From an uncultured delta proteobacterium (GTDB taxonomy: Bacteria; Desulfobacterota; Desulfobacteria; Desulfobacterales; SG8-13), in assembly GCA_963848135.1 (NCBI GenBank), contig CAWKCK010000018.1:820938-884937 (forward strand): a stretch of 64,000 nucleotides of DNA, in the 5' to 3' direction. Under the pieces are notes generated by a model. It was not told where the DNA came from. It saw only the letters and a list, made by a program, of their open reading frames with translations, and searched no databases. The position numbers and the translations under genes are program-made. Positions within the stretch are counted from its first letter, which is position 1, and each line of letters opens with the position of its first letter. Below, piece after piece: positions 9,119-19,946 of the stretch.

Positions 9119-10608
9119 CCTCTTTTGTAAGGAAATTTTATCGAAATATTGGCGCCCTTGCCGGGATGTGAATCAATCGTCATTTGGCCCTGCAGCAGGT
9201 TGACCCGTTCTTTCATACTGCGCAGACCAAGCCGTTTCTCTCCGTTTATCGAACGTTCCCTTGCCCGCACATCAAAACCTTTACCATCGTCTTTGATACG
9301 AAGAATGATATTGGGGCTGACGCCAACCAGCGTGACCTTGACCCGACTCGCCTGAGCGTGTTTGCGTATGTTGTTGAGGCCCTCTTGAACCAGACGATAG
9401 ACATTGATTTCAACCAGTGATCCCAATGTCATTTTCTTTAAGCCCGCCGAATGGAAGTGCACTTTTAGGGCATTTTCCTGGGCGAACTCTTCACAGTAAG
9501 TGGAAAGCGTCCGCAAGAGACCGAGATCGGCTAAACCGGGCGGACGCAAATCGTAAGACAGGTTGCGAACGGAAAAGATGGTCCGATCGAGTATGGCAAA
9601 CAATTTTGAGGCGTTCTCTTTCGTTTGAGCAAGTTCACCCCTCCGCTCGTCGAAGAGGGTCTTGAAAACAATTTTCAGAGTGGACAGGTCCTGGGCCACG
9701 CTGTCGTGCAGTTCTCTGGCAATCATCTGGCGCTCGTCTTCGTGAGCTTTCAACAGCTGTTGGGAGAGGTCTCTGATCTGTGTGTCAGCCAGCATCTGCT
9801 CGGAAATATCTTCTACCATTTCTATGGCAGCCGTCACCTGTCCCTCAGAATCGATAATCGGCGACGAAATGATCCGATAGTGCCGGGTCTCATTGCCGGC
9901 AGGTGTCACGGTAATCGACTCGTGCACCTCGCCATCCCGAAGAGTCTTGACAGTCGGGCAATAAGAACAGACCGCTTCACCGGGCGGGTCGTTAAAGAAT
10001 CGGTAGCAGATTGGTTTTTTGTTGGGATCGATGTGTGGGTACCATTTTTTCATCTGTTTGTTTAAGGTCAGAATCTCCATATCCGAACTGATAAGCGATA
10101 CACCAATAGCGATGTTATCGACCAGTCTTCTATAGCGTTCTTCAGAATCTCTCAACTTTTTATCCGCTTGCTTGCGAGCGCTGACATCGATCCATGTCGA
10201 TAAATAATACGTGATCTCCCCGTTTTTCTCTAATGGACTGGAGGTGATTTCAACCCAAAATGTATCACCGTTTTTTTTCCGAAAGCACTTTTCGAACCGG
10301 TCGAGTCCCTGTCGAAGTGCCTGCCTGAATTCTCGTTGGGTCGTGTCCAAATTTTCCTGAATCCACCATGGGTATGGCACCTTCCTACCAATGATCTCTT
10401 CAGCCGAAAATCCCGTCAACTTTTCGAAAGCGGGATTTACATATTTTATGGAGGTGTCAGCGTTGAGAACATGGATAGGGTTCGGCGTATTATTCAGTAG
10501 ACGGGAATTGAATTCATCGCTTTCGCGGAGCGAATTTTCTATTTGTCCTTTTCCCGCCTGCCTTCGCAATCTGGCAGCTTGCCCTTCTCTCTTCTTGATT
10601 TTTTCCAT
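9115..10608 (-). CDS. Cytoplasmic PAS-PAS sensor histidine kinase (HisKA_3/NarX type)
   Basis: Two PAS domains, ERQMIARELHDSVAQ, QEGLNNIRKHA, DDGKGF, LGLRSMKER; overlaps the regulator start. Confidence 0.92.
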   Translation of the reverse strand: MEKIKKREGQAARLRRQAGKGQIENSLRESDEFNSRLLNNTPNPIHVLNADTSIKYVNPAFEKLTGFSAEEIIGRKVPYPWWIQENLDTTQREFRQALRQGLDRFEKCFRKKNGDTFWVEITSSPLEKNGEITYYLSTWIDVSARKQADKKLRDSEERYRRLVDNIAIGVSLISSDMEILTLNKQMKKWYPHIDPNKKPICYRFFNDPPGEAVCSYCPTVKTLRDGEVHESITVTPAGNETRHYRIISSPIIDSEGQVTAAIEMVEDISEQMLADTQIRDLSQQLLKAHEDERQMIARELHDSVAQDLSTLKIVFKTLFDERRGELAQTKENASKLFAILDRTIFSVRNLSYDLRPPGLADLGLLRTLSTYCEEFAQENALKVHFHSAGLKKMTLGSLVEINVYRLVQEGLNNIRKHAQASRVKVTLVGVSPNIILRIKDDGKGFDVRARERSINGEKRLGLRSMKERVNLLQGQMTIDSHPGKGANISIKFPYKRG

Positions 10609-11290
10609 GGTGTCATTCTCATTACCAACAGCTGAACATAATTGTTCACCTTATAGCACAAATGGCCCACACGCCCCTGATCTGCACCGTATGAGCCATA
10701 TCCCCTCTCATTGAGATTCGCCTCTTGTTTGTGAATAACAAAGAAAGCGCCGAAGACCTATGCTATCGATACCAAATACGATCACGAATAAGCAATACAA
10801 AATCCTGACCGGAGATTGGATATGCTGTTAAAGTGGTTGTCCAATGAACGTTCCGTTATTCGAACGTACTTTTGACAATCACTGATTCCATATAAATTTC
10901 TTTCAGACAGGCCGTTTCCGTCACCGTTCCCGGCCGCAGCGCCAAAAAAATAAATAAGTCTTGCTATTCCGATCTTAGAATATATAATCAAAATTATACG
11001 AGGGTGGACCAGCAACGCGTGCCCAGACCCTTTCAATTCGACAAAAACAGCTCTCGCCTGACTCTTTGATTCGAGCATATATCAGAACGATTCCGCGTCT
11101 CGATTACAATCAGCGTCGTCTCCATTCATATTAAATCACCTTTCATCCAGCAATTAGTTCATTGCTCAACCGGTTACAGCTGCTTATCCGATAAATTTCT
11201 TATACGTCTCCGTGGATGTTACCGCACACCTGTCTCCCCGCGAACTGGTCCGGCCCGTTAACCCGCAACCCCATAAGAAAGGAGACCGCC

Positions 11291-11920
11291 ATGGAAAAAC
11301 CGGTAATCAACTATGAGACCCTGGTTCGAATAACCAAAGCGATATCAACGATCCGTGATCCTGAAGAAATCGTTCTCATCACGGTGGAGGGCGTTACCAG
11401 CGCATTGAAAGTAAAGGGCTGTACGCTTTTCCTGTTCAGCACCAAGAGCGAAGAACTCAAACTCGCCGGCAGTTATGGGCTCAGCGCCGAATATCTGAAC
11501 AAGGGCCCGGTCAGTTCCCTGCAATCGATCGCATCATCGTTGGAAGATGGTCAACCGGTAGCCATATACGATGTTGGTGACGATCCACGGATTCAGTATC
11601 CAGAAGCGGCCATCAAGGAGGGTATCGCCTCCATCCTTTCAGCACCGATTATCATTGGAGAGAAACTGGTTGGGTGCCTGCGGGTTTACACCACCACGTC
11701 ATGGGAGTTTACCTTGAACGATGTCAATTTTGTTCAGGCCGTGGCCCAGGTCGTGGGTATGGCCCTGGAGATGTGCCGAATCAATCGCGGTTTGAAGGAC
11801 AGTATCGATATCCTGAAAACAATGCGTGACCCCAAAACCCTTCCCTACAATCGACGAACGCCATATGAGGGTGTTCCGAAAAGCTTCAGCAAAGAGGATG
11901 CCGTCGAGACTGCCGTCTGA
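11291..11920 (+). CDS. Stand-alone GAF-domain protein
   Basis: RBS AAGGAG before ATG 11291; GAF pattern (DDPRIQYPEAAIKEGIASILSAPI). Confidence 0.85.
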   Translation: MEKPVINYETLVRITKAISTIRDPEEIVLITVEGVTSALKVKGCTLFLFSTKSEELKLAGSYGLSAEYLNKGPVSSLQSIASSLEDGQPVAIYDVGDDPRIQYPEAAIKEGIASILSAPIIIGEKLVGCLRVYTTTSWEFTLNDVNFVQAVAQVVGMALEMCRINRGLKDSIDILKTMRDPKTLPYNRRTPYEGVPKSFSKEDAVETAV

Positions 11921-11941
11921 TCAAAAAGGCCACTGTTAAAC

Positions 11942-11974
11942 CAACAAACCCGGACCATACGGCCGGGTTTGTTG
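11942..11974. terminator. Bidirectional intrinsic terminator
   Basis: CAACAAACCCGG...CCGGGTTTGTTG 12-bp stem between convergent genes. Confidence 0.8.
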
Positions 11975-12004
11975 ATTTGATTTCGAAGCAACTGTTCTTT
12001 TAGA

Positions 12005-12514
12005 TCATTTGCTATAGGATATCTTCCCCAAGTCTACTACGGAGGTCGCATTGTCGAAAGTGTCGCTCACAACTTGATAAGGGGTATTGGGGACCTGCTT
12101 CATGAAACTGACCTTTCTCTGCGGTTCGACGAACCCGGTTCTGGGCCACCAGAATTCGGTCCAGGCACCCGCTGGGTTGCTGAGGACTTCACTGCAAAGA
12201 TTGAGGATGTAGAGCTTATCGGTTTTGAAGCATTTAATTTTAGATACATCCAATCCGATTTCTTTTCTTTTCGGGTTCGGCAGGCAATAGAAACCCTCGC
12301 ATTGGGTAATAAACACGTAGGTGTCCTTCCAGACAAACCGGCCGTTGGGTTTCTCGAATTCCTGCAACCCCTCCGCGCCGGTTTTCTCGAGATAGCGAGC
12401 CGCTTCGGTCACTTTGTCGTAAACCTCCTGCGGTGTCGCCTGACCGGTGACGAATGCCGAATCCGCATAAGAAAGAGCGGGAAGGCATAATAGAAATATG
12501 AGCCAGTGACGCAT
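12005..12514 (-). CDS. Secreted single Cache-domain protein
   Basis: Signal peptide; FVWKDTYVF and GAWTEFWWPRTG...RKVSF pattern. Confidence 0.7.
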   Translation of the reverse strand: MRHWLIFLLCLPALSYADSAFVTGQATPQEVYDKVTEAARYLEKTGAEGLQEFEKPNGRFVWKDTYVFITQCEGFYCLPNPKRKEIGLDVSKIKCFKTDKLYILNLCSEVLSNPAGAWTEFWWPRTGFVEPQRKVSFMKQVPNTPYQVVSDTFDNATSVVDLGKISYSK

Positions 12515-12586
12515 GGAATTCTCCCCAGACGGATTCGGTCAAAGCCGTTTCCGTCATTTTTTTCACTTTTTCCTGCCGCCCCCGCT

Positions 12587-15355
12587 TTAAGCGGCCCGGG
12601 AAAGTTTGACGGCGCAGACCTTGAACTCCGGAATTTTGGATACCGGATCGAGTACGGCATTGGTCAGGCGGTTTGCGGCCGCCTGGGCGAAATGGAAGGG
12701 AATGAATATCGTGCCGGCAACCGCTTTTGGCGATACCTGAATCTTGGCCTTGATTTGACCGCGCCGGGAGGCAATCTCCACCTCCATGCCATCGTTCAAT
12801 TCGTAGAGGGCGGCATCTTTGGGCGAGATCTCCACAAAGCATTCGGGGGCCCTATCATTGAGCCCGTCGGTCTTCATGGTCATGGTCCCGGTGTGATAGT
12901 GATACAACACCCGGCCAGTGGTCAGGTAGAGCGGATACTCGTCATCGGTCAGTTCAGCCGGTGGCGTATATTCGATGGCGTGAAACATCCCCTTACCGCG
13001 GGTAAACTGTTCCCTGTGCAGGATCGGGGTACCGGGATGCCCCGGTGTGGGGCACGGCCAATGCAAGCCTTCGACCGCAATGCGGTCGTAGGAGATCCCT
13101 GCATAAGAAGGCGTCACCCGGGCAAGCTCTTCGAAAACAGCCTGGCTGTTTTCGTATGCCATGGGTGTCCCCATCCGTGTGGCGATGTCGCATAGAATCT
13201 GCCAATCATCCTTAACGTCCCCAGGGGCATCGACGGCCTTGCGTACCATCTGAACACGTCTCTCAGTATTTGAAAATGTGCCATCCTTTTCAGCAAAACA
13301 TTTGGCGGGCAGAACCACGTCAGCCAATTGGGCCGTTTCGGTCATGAAGATATCCTGAACCACCAGGAAATCGAGATGTTTCAGTGACGCTTCAGCGTGG
13401 TTCAGATCGGGATCGGACACAAGGGGATTTTCGCCGATAATGTAAAGTGCCTTGAATTCCCCATCGTGGGCTTTGGGTATCATTTGGGTAACGGTCAAAC
13501 CCGGCTGAGTCGGAAGATCCGATACCCCCCAAGCGTCCTCCATTTTCTTGGCCACGGCAAGATCGCTCACCGGCTGGTAGCCGGAATACACGTTGGGGAG
13601 ACCTCCCATGTCGCAAGCCCCCTGAACATTGTTCTGGCCACGCAGCGGATTAACTCCTCCCCCGCGCTTGCCCATATGACCGCACAACATCGCCAGGTTG
13701 GCGAGGCTCTTGACGTTGTCCGTGCCATGACTGTGCTGGGTAATGCCCATACAATAGAGGATGCTGGCGGCTTTGGCACCGGCATAGAGCCGGGCCGCTT
13801 CGACCAGGTCTACCGCTGCGATGCCGGTGATGCCCTCGACGTATTCCGGTGTATATTTTTCGACGGTCTTCTTCAGTTCTTCAAATCCTTCGGTACGATT
13901 GGCGACAAACGCTTTGTCGTAAAGGTCTTCGGCTATGATTACGTGCATCATGCCGTTCAGCCAGGCCACGTCAGTCCCCAGATTCTGTCGTAACCATTTG
14001 TGGGCAAAAGATGCCAGTTTGATTCGCCGGGGATCGACCAGAATCAGCTTGGCCCCTTTGAAGGCGACCGCACGTTTCACATGCCGGGAGAGAACAGGGT
14101 GATTCTCGGTGGTGTTCGAGCCGGTTACCAGAATGACCTCGGCGTCTTCAATGTCCTCAATGGTGTTCGTCATGGCTCCGCTTCCAAATGCTGCGGCCAG
14201 ACCGGCCACGGTGGAAGAATGTCAGAGACGGGCGCAGTGATCGATATTGTTGGTTTTGAGAACCGCCCGGGCAAACTTGTTGGCGATGTAATTCTCCTCG
14301 TTGGTGACGCGGGCCGAGGTCAGCACACCGATGCTGTCGGCACCATGCTCGTCCTTGATCTTGCCCAGTTTCTCAGCCACAAAGTCAAAGGCTTCATCCC
14401 AACTCGCCTCGCGAAAACGACCGTTTTCTTTAATAAGCGGCGCGGTGAGCCGCTCAGGGGAATGGATAAAATCAAACCCGAAACGCCCCTTGACGCACAA
14501 CGAACCGTGGTTTGGAACCACTTCTTCAGCACCCGTCACCTTCACGACCCGGTTATCCCTGACGTGCAGGTCCATCTGGCAACCAACACCGCAATAGCTG
14601 CAGGTGGTACGAACTTTTTGGGTTTCCCATGGCCGTACCTTGTAGCGAACGTCTTTCTCCACCAGGGCGCCTACAGGGCACGCCTGCACACACTCGCCGC
14701 AGAAGACGCAGTCCGAATCTTTCAACGGCCGGTCACCGGCGGCAATTATCTTTGTGCGGGCCCCCCGGAATCCGAAATGGATGGCATTGTTGACCTGGAT
14801 CTCATTGCAGGCCTGCACACACCTGCCACATTGAATACAACGCGAGAAATCCCTTACGATAAAGGGGTTGACGGTCTCCATGGGATAGGGCGTCTCGGTA
14901 CCGGCAAAACGTTCCCCGGATACCTGATACCGGTAAGACAGATCTTGGAGATGGCAGTCGCCCCATACGGGACACATCTCATCGCTACCATCGTCTTTTT
15001 GGACATTGAGCTGGAATTGGGTCCAGTCCTGCCCGTCCGAGCCGCGGACAGCGCAGTTGTGATTCCCCGAAGAGAGCAACAGCTGCAAGATCAGCTTGCG
15101 GGCTTTGACAACCGTGGTGGTCTCGGTTTGAACAACCATATTGTCCGCCGCCGGTGTCGCACAGGAAGGTAACAGGCTGCGGGCACCCTTGACCTCCACG
15201 ACGCAGATGCGGCAGGCGCCGGTCGGAAAGGCACCTTTCAACCAGCAAAGGGTCGGAATGTCGATATGGTTTTGACGGGCCACCTCCAGTATGGTTTGCC
15301 CCGGTTCGAATGATAGGTCATTGCCATTGATCGTCATGCGATGTTCTGCAGCCAT
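12587..15355 (-). CDS. fdhF: Formate dehydrogenase alpha subunit (Mo/W-bisPGD) with NuoG-like N-terminal Fe-S domains; selenoprotein (922 aa with readthrough)
   Basis: RBS GGAG before ATG 15355; IPTLC...GACRICVVE, CIQCGRCVQAC, TTCSYCGVGC. NIDHCARL-TGA(14224-14222)-HSSTVAGL joins the two track ORFs in frame; PLRGQNNVQG motif. Confidence 0.95.
14193..14209 (-). promoter_or_regulatory. Putative SECIS element of fdh
   Basis: Minus-strand hairpin GTGGCC-GGTCT-GGCCGC starting 12 nt after the TGA; loop resembles the GGUCU loop of the E. coli fdhF SECIS. Confidence 0.75.
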
Positions 15356-15409
15356 GGTGTTGGAGTCTCCAGTAACAGTTGGTAAGATCATCTCAAAGTA
15401 CAAGTTTGA

Positions 15410-15438
15410 TGTTTAGCGGATGGCATGTGTTTTGTCAA
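15410..15438 (-). promoter_or_regulatory. Putative sigma70 promoter of fdh
   Basis: TTGACA-17 nt-TAAACA on the minus strand, about 55 nt upstream of the start. Confidence 0.45.
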
Positions 15439-15920
15439 TCCGCTAATCGTGAACCGGCAGCAGCGGAGCGTCTTGCGGTAAAATATCGATAACAGATGAT
15501 ACCGCAGACAGCGCCAACAAAATCGACGATGGCATCCATCATATCTGCATGGCGGCCGGGCACAAAATACTGATGGATTTCGTCGCTGATACCGTAAAGA
15601 CCGGCGGACAAAAGGCTGAAGACGATAATTTTGGATCTGTGTCCCCCCTTCTGCAGGGTAGCATAGGCCCGGTAAAACAAAGCCCCCAGAATGGCGTAGG
15701 CGAAAAAGTGCAGATACTTATCAAAGAATGGCACATCCGGCTCGTTGATCGGTGACGGAAAGGAGGACTGAACGAATATCAAAAGGCAGTAAACGATGAG
15801 AGGGAGCCAGTACTTGGTGAAATTGGGCAAAAGATATTTCCTAAGTCGGATAGGAGTGTTTTGTGGTTTGTGGTTTTCACCATATGGACCCGCAGACATT
15901 GTCGTCAGATAAAACACCAA
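15435..15920 (-). CDS. VanZ-family membrane protein (true start may be downstream)
   Basis: DKYLHFFAYAILG and YGISDEIHQYFVPGR motifs. Confidence 0.85.
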   Translation of the reverse strand: MVFYLTTMSAGPYGENHKPQNTPIRLRKYLLPNFTKYWLPLIVYCLLIFVQSSFPSPINEPDVPFFDKYLHFFAYAILGALFYRAYATLQKGGHRSKIIVFSLLSAGLYGISDEIHQYFVPGRHADMMDAIVDFVGAVCGIICYRYFTARRSAAAGSRLAD

Positions 15921-15930
15921 ATACCAAACA

Positions 15931-17847
15931 CTACTCTTTAAACAATTCCAGATCCAGTCGCCGTTCCCGGATAGCCGTCGTCACCGTCTTCAGGAACACG
16001 TCATGAGATACACCCTGCTTTACGTTTCCATCGAGAGTCCGAACCGAAAGCGTCGACGCTGCCTGTTCTTTCTTTCCGATGGTAAGTATGAGCGGGATGT
16101 AGTTGAGCTGAGCTTCGCGGATTTTTTTGTTCAGGCTCTCGGCCCGGGAGTCGACCTCGGTCCGCAAGCCGGACTCGACAAGCATGCGGTTCACCTCGTT
16201 GGCGTAAGCGGCCAACTCGTCGTTTATGGGGAGCAGGGTTGCCTGCACCGGTGCCAGCCAGAGCGGGAACTTACCGGCAAAATGCTCAACCAGGATGCCG
16301 AAAAACCGCTCAATGGACCCGTAAATTACCCGGTGGATCATGATGGGTCGCCGTTTGTCGTTGTTCGCGTCGATGTAGGACAAATTGAAGCGTTGCGGCA
16401 GGGACATGTCGAGTTGGACCGTCCCGCATTGCCAGGTACGGCCGAGGGCATCTTTGATATGCACGTCGATCTTGGGACCGTAGAAAGCGCCGTCGCCCTC
16501 ATTGACCTTGTAGTCACGGCCGTAGACATCCAGAGCGGCCTGCAATCCATCGGTGGCCTCCGCCCACTGCTCGTCCGTGCCGATCGATTTTTCGGGCCGG
16601 GTGGATAACTCCAGGTGAAAACCGAGTCCAAAAGTCCCGTAAATGCGTTCGACAAGTTTCAGGACCCCCAGAATTTCCTCCTGAATCTGGTCCGGCCGCA
16701 TGAATATGTGGGCATCGTCCTGGTGAAAAGCCCGCACTCTGAAAAGGCCGGACAATACGCCACTGAGCTCATGCCGGTGAACCAGTCCGATCTCGGCCTG
16801 CCGGATCGGCAAGTCCCGATAGGAATAGCGCCTGGAACCGAAAAGAAGCATACCTCCCGGGCAATTCATCGGTTTTATGGCAAACTCCGTTTCGTCGATG
16901 GTGGTCGTGTACATGTTCTCACGGTAATTTTCCCAGTGGCCGCTACGCTCCCATAGGGCGCGGTTTAGCGTGATGGGTGTTTTGGTTTCCACGTATCCGG
17001 CAGCCCGGTGTTCTACCCGCCAGTACTCAAGCAAAGCGTTCCAGACAACCATGCCCTTGGCGTGAAAAAACGGCATCCCGGGCGCTTCATCGTGAAAACT
17101 GAAGAGATCCAGTGCAATACCGATCTTGCGGTGGTTTCTTTTGCGCGCCTCTTCTAAAAAACTGAGATAGGCCTTTAAATCTTTTTTGTCGAAAAAGGCT
17201 GTCCCGTATATTCGCTGAAGCTGGGCGTTGGACTGATCCGCCCGCCAGTAAGCCCCGGAAACTTTCATCAATTTGAAGGCCTTGATGAAGCCGGTGTCGG
17301 GCACATGTGGGCCACGGCACAGATCGGTGAAGTCACCATGCTGGTAATATGAAATCGTCCCGTCTTCAAGATCCTGGATCATCTCCAGTTTGTAAGGCTC
17401 GCCCTTGTAAAACTCCAGGGCCTCCTTTTTGGAGACCGCCACCCGCTTAAACGGTTCCCTGGCCTTGATGGCTTTTTGCATCTCCGCTTCGATTTTGGGG
17501 AAATCCTCTTCGGAGATCGGCTCCATGTCGATATCGTAGTAAAATCCGTCTTCCACCGCCGGTCCGATTGTCAAATGCGCGCCCTCGTATATGCGAAGGA
17601 TGGCCTGCGCCATCACGTGGGCGGCACTGTGGCGCAGAATGTCAAGGGCTTCCGGGTCTTTGTTGGTAAGCAACTTGACTTTGGTGTCATGTTCGATCCG
17701 CTCACTCAAATCATGGATATGGCCGTTTGTCTGCAGCGCCACGCAATTTCGGGCAAACCCTTCGGAAATGCTACGGGCAATCTCAAGGCCTGTTGGCGGA
17801 TTTTCAAAAGTCTTTATGTTCCCATCCGGAAATGTTATGTGTACCAT
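15931..17847 (-). CDS. thrS: Threonine--tRNA ligase
   Basis: TGS domain, RHSAAH, DLCRGPHV, KPMNCPG, GAFYGPKID, IHRVIYGSIERF. Confidence 0.98.
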   Translation of the reverse strand: MVHITFPDGNIKTFENPPTGLEIARSISEGFARNCVALQTNGHIHDLSERIEHDTKVKLLTNKDPEALDILRHSAAHVMAQAILRIYEGAHLTIGPAVEDGFYYDIDMEPISEEDFPKIEAEMQKAIKAREPFKRVAVSKKEALEFYKGEPYKLEMIQDLEDGTISYYQHGDFTDLCRGPHVPDTGFIKAFKLMKVSGAYWRADQSNAQLQRIYGTAFFDKKDLKAYLSFLEEARKRNHRKIGIALDLFSFHDEAPGMPFFHAKGMVVWNALLEYWRVEHRAAGYVETKTPITLNRALWERSGHWENYRENMYTTTIDETEFAIKPMNCPGGMLLFGSRRYSYRDLPIRQAEIGLVHRHELSGVLSGLFRVRAFHQDDAHIFMRPDQIQEEILGVLKLVERIYGTFGLGFHLELSTRPEKSIGTDEQWAEATDGLQAALDVYGRDYKVNEGDGAFYGPKIDVHIKDALGRTWQCGTVQLDMSLPQRFNLSYIDANNDKRRPIMIHRVIYGSIERFFGILVEHFAGKFPLWLAPVQATLLPINDELAAYANEVNRMLVESGLRTEVDSRAESLNKKIREAQLNYIPLILTIGKKEQAASTLSVRTLDGNVKQGVSHDVFLKTVTTAIRERRLDLELFKE

Positions 17848-18188
17848 GTTTTTTGCCTGCCAATGTCATAACAGTAAGATAAAAGTGAATAATAGCGTCC
17901 GCTCGTGTCGAGCCATCGATGGCCTTTTTGCCTTTAAACGGTGTTCTCCCCATGTTTATCGCTTCGGTGCACATCCAGAGAGAGCCCCGCTGCACACTTT
18001 GGTGCGACCCTGCCCAAAGAATTGAATCCGCATAAATGAATGGGGCACCATTTATGCCATTTACCATTCGTGGGTGAGCACAAGCTTTTAAATTTAAAAA
18101 AAATAAGTTATGGGGTCAAGGGAAAATTCTGTTGATTCTTTCCCGAGCGCCATGGTGAAATTTCCAGCGGAATTCTGCGGACTCAGAA

Positions 18189-19325
18189 ATGGCCACTGAA
18201 TTTGATATTATTGCAACTCGCGCCAGATTGGACAAACTGGTCACCCACCTTCGGCGCCAACGAGCGATCGCCGTCGATCTGGAAGCCGACTCCATGTATC
18301 ATTTCCAGGAGAAGGTCTGCCTGATCCAAATGGCAACGGCACATAAGAAAGCCGTCATCGATCCCCTCCACATCCCCGACCTGTCACCCCTGGGATCCGT
18401 ATTGGCCGACCCGACCATTAAAAAGATCTTCCATGGTGCCGACTACGATGTGCGATCTCTCTACCGGGATTTTAAGTTTGAAGTCAAAGACCTGTTCGAC
18501 ACCCAGGTGGCTTGCAAGTTTCTGGGGGTAAAAGCCACCGGATTAGAATCGGTGATAATGGATCACTTCGGAATTCAACTCAATAAAAAGTACCAGCGCA
18601 AAGACTGGTCCATTCGGCCGTTGCCGGCCGAAATGCTCGCCTATGCCGCCGATGATGTCAGCTACCTGCTTCCTCTGGCCCAAAGGTTGGAGCAATCGTT
18701 GCAGGACAAGGGTCGCGGTCGGTGGGTTCGGGAAGAGTGCAAATTGTTGAGCTTGGTCAGGCCGGTCCGAAACGATCACGAACCGCTCTTTATGAACTTT
18801 AAAGGCGCCGGGCGCCTCAGGCCGCGGAATCTGGCCGTTCTGGAAGGGTTGCTCCGGTATCGGCGCAAGGTAGCGGAAGTAAAAGACCGCCCCCTGTTTA
18901 AAATTTTCAGCAATAAATCTCTCCTTCAGTTGTCGATTGACAAACCCGCCAACCTGAATCAGCTGACCAATAGCGAGGTGCTCAGCCACAAACAGCTCAA
19001 CATGTATGGCAATGAACTGATGGAGGTCATTCAACAGGCCTTGCAGATTCCCGCCGATAAGCTGCCATCCTACCCACGCCAGAAAACCCCGACAATGAAT
19101 CCTGATGTACCGCTTCGTCTGAAGGCATTGAAAAAGTGGCGGGACAAAAAGGCCAAAACCCTTGAGTTGGATCCGGGAGTGCTGCTCAACAAAAGCGTAA
19201 TGACGGTATTGGCCGTAGAAAAACCAACTGAACCGAAATCGCTGGGTGTCATTGGCGATCTTAAAGAATGGCAGAAAAGAGAGCTCGGGCAAGAAATTCT
19301 AAAAGTGCTGAACCATGTCAAGTGA
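18189..19325 (+). CDS. rnd: Ribonuclease D (3'-5' exonuclease plus HRDC)
   Basis: AVDLEAD, FHGADYD, DTQVA, DWSIRPL, YAADDV, HRDC domain. Confidence 0.88.
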   Translation: MATEFDIIATRARLDKLVTHLRRQRAIAVDLEADSMYHFQEKVCLIQMATAHKKAVIDPLHIPDLSPLGSVLADPTIKKIFHGADYDVRSLYRDFKFEVKDLFDTQVACKFLGVKATGLESVIMDHFGIQLNKKYQRKDWSIRPLPAEMLAYAADDVSYLLPLAQRLEQSLQDKGRGRWVREECKLLSLVRPVRNDHEPLFMNFKGAGRLRPRNLAVLEGLLRYRRKVAEVKDRPLFKIFSNKSLLQLSIDKPANLNQLTNSEVLSHKQLNMYGNELMEVIQQALQIPADKLPSYPRQKTPTMNPDVPLRLKALKKWRDKKAKTLELDPGVLLNKSVMTVLAVEKPTEPKSLGVIGDLKEWQKRELGQEILKVLNHVK

Positions 19326-19929
19326 TTTGGAAGAAAAAGTATGTTTCCGATCGGGAGACATCGCGCTCGAAGGTCTCGTAGAGAACACCTCGAAAGAAAC
19401 TGGGGTTGTCATCACCCATCCCCATCCTCTCTACGGCGGTAATATGAACAATCCCGTGGTCGGAATCATCCGGCAGGCCTACCGCAAAAAAGGATTCACC
19501 ACCCTGCGGTTCAATTTTCGCGGTACGGGATCGAGTCAAGGCCGATACGACAATGGGGTGGGCGAGCAAACCGACCTCACAGCGGCGGTCTCTTTCCTGC
19601 GTGAGCGCGGGTGCAAAACCGTCTACCTGGCCGGCTATTCATTCGGGTCTTGGATCAATGCACTGACCAGTCAGGCCAAAGGATGGTCGTGGCCGATGGT
19701 CTTTGTGTCTCCACCGGTGGGATTCATCGATTTTTCCGCCACCGGTGTATTGCCTGGTTTGATGCTGGTTGTGACAGGTAGCTGTGACGATATCGCACCG
19801 CCCAAAGCCATCCGGCAAATGCTGTCGACCTGGAACCCAATGGCACACTTTGAGATTATTGACGGTTCGGACCACTTCTACAGTCGCCACACCCGACAAT
19901 TGGAAAATGCCCTCAATAACCACCTTTAA
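19315..19929 (+). CDS. Alpha/beta hydrolase
   Basis: HPHPLYGGNM, RFNFRGTG, GYSFG nucleophile elbow, SDHFY. Confidence 0.88.
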   Translation: MSSDLEEKVCFRSGDIALEGLVENTSKETGVVITHPHPLYGGNMNNPVVGIIRQAYRKKGFTTLRFNFRGTGSSQGRYDNGVGEQTDLTAAVSFLRERGCKTVYLAGYSFGSWINALTSQAKGWSWPMVFVSPPVGFIDFSATGVLPGLMLVVTGSCDDIAPPKAIRQMLSTWNPMAHFEIIDGSDHFYSRHTRQLENALNNHL

Positions 19930-19946
19930 CCTTCCGTATTTCAAAT

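Noticed and set aside
10782..11078. 98-aa ORF in the kinase/GAF intergenic region
   Set aside because: No RBS or motif; probably regulatory DNA between divergent genes.
168..14224. In-frame TGAs read as nonsense mutations (pseudogenes)
   Set aside because: All four fall at Cys-equivalent positions of known selenoprotein families, are followed by similar hairpins, and the genes show no other decay.
14000..15172. 390-aa plus-strand ORF and similar long antisense ORFs (e.g. 615-1559, 1704-2711, 32565-33368)
   Set aside because: Shadows of well-supported genes on the opposite strand; no recognisable motifs.
17848..18120. T-box riboswitch upstream of thrS
   Set aside because: The closest match (AGGGTCGCACC) lacks the invariant TGG of the antiterminator bulge, and no terminator with a U tract is evident.
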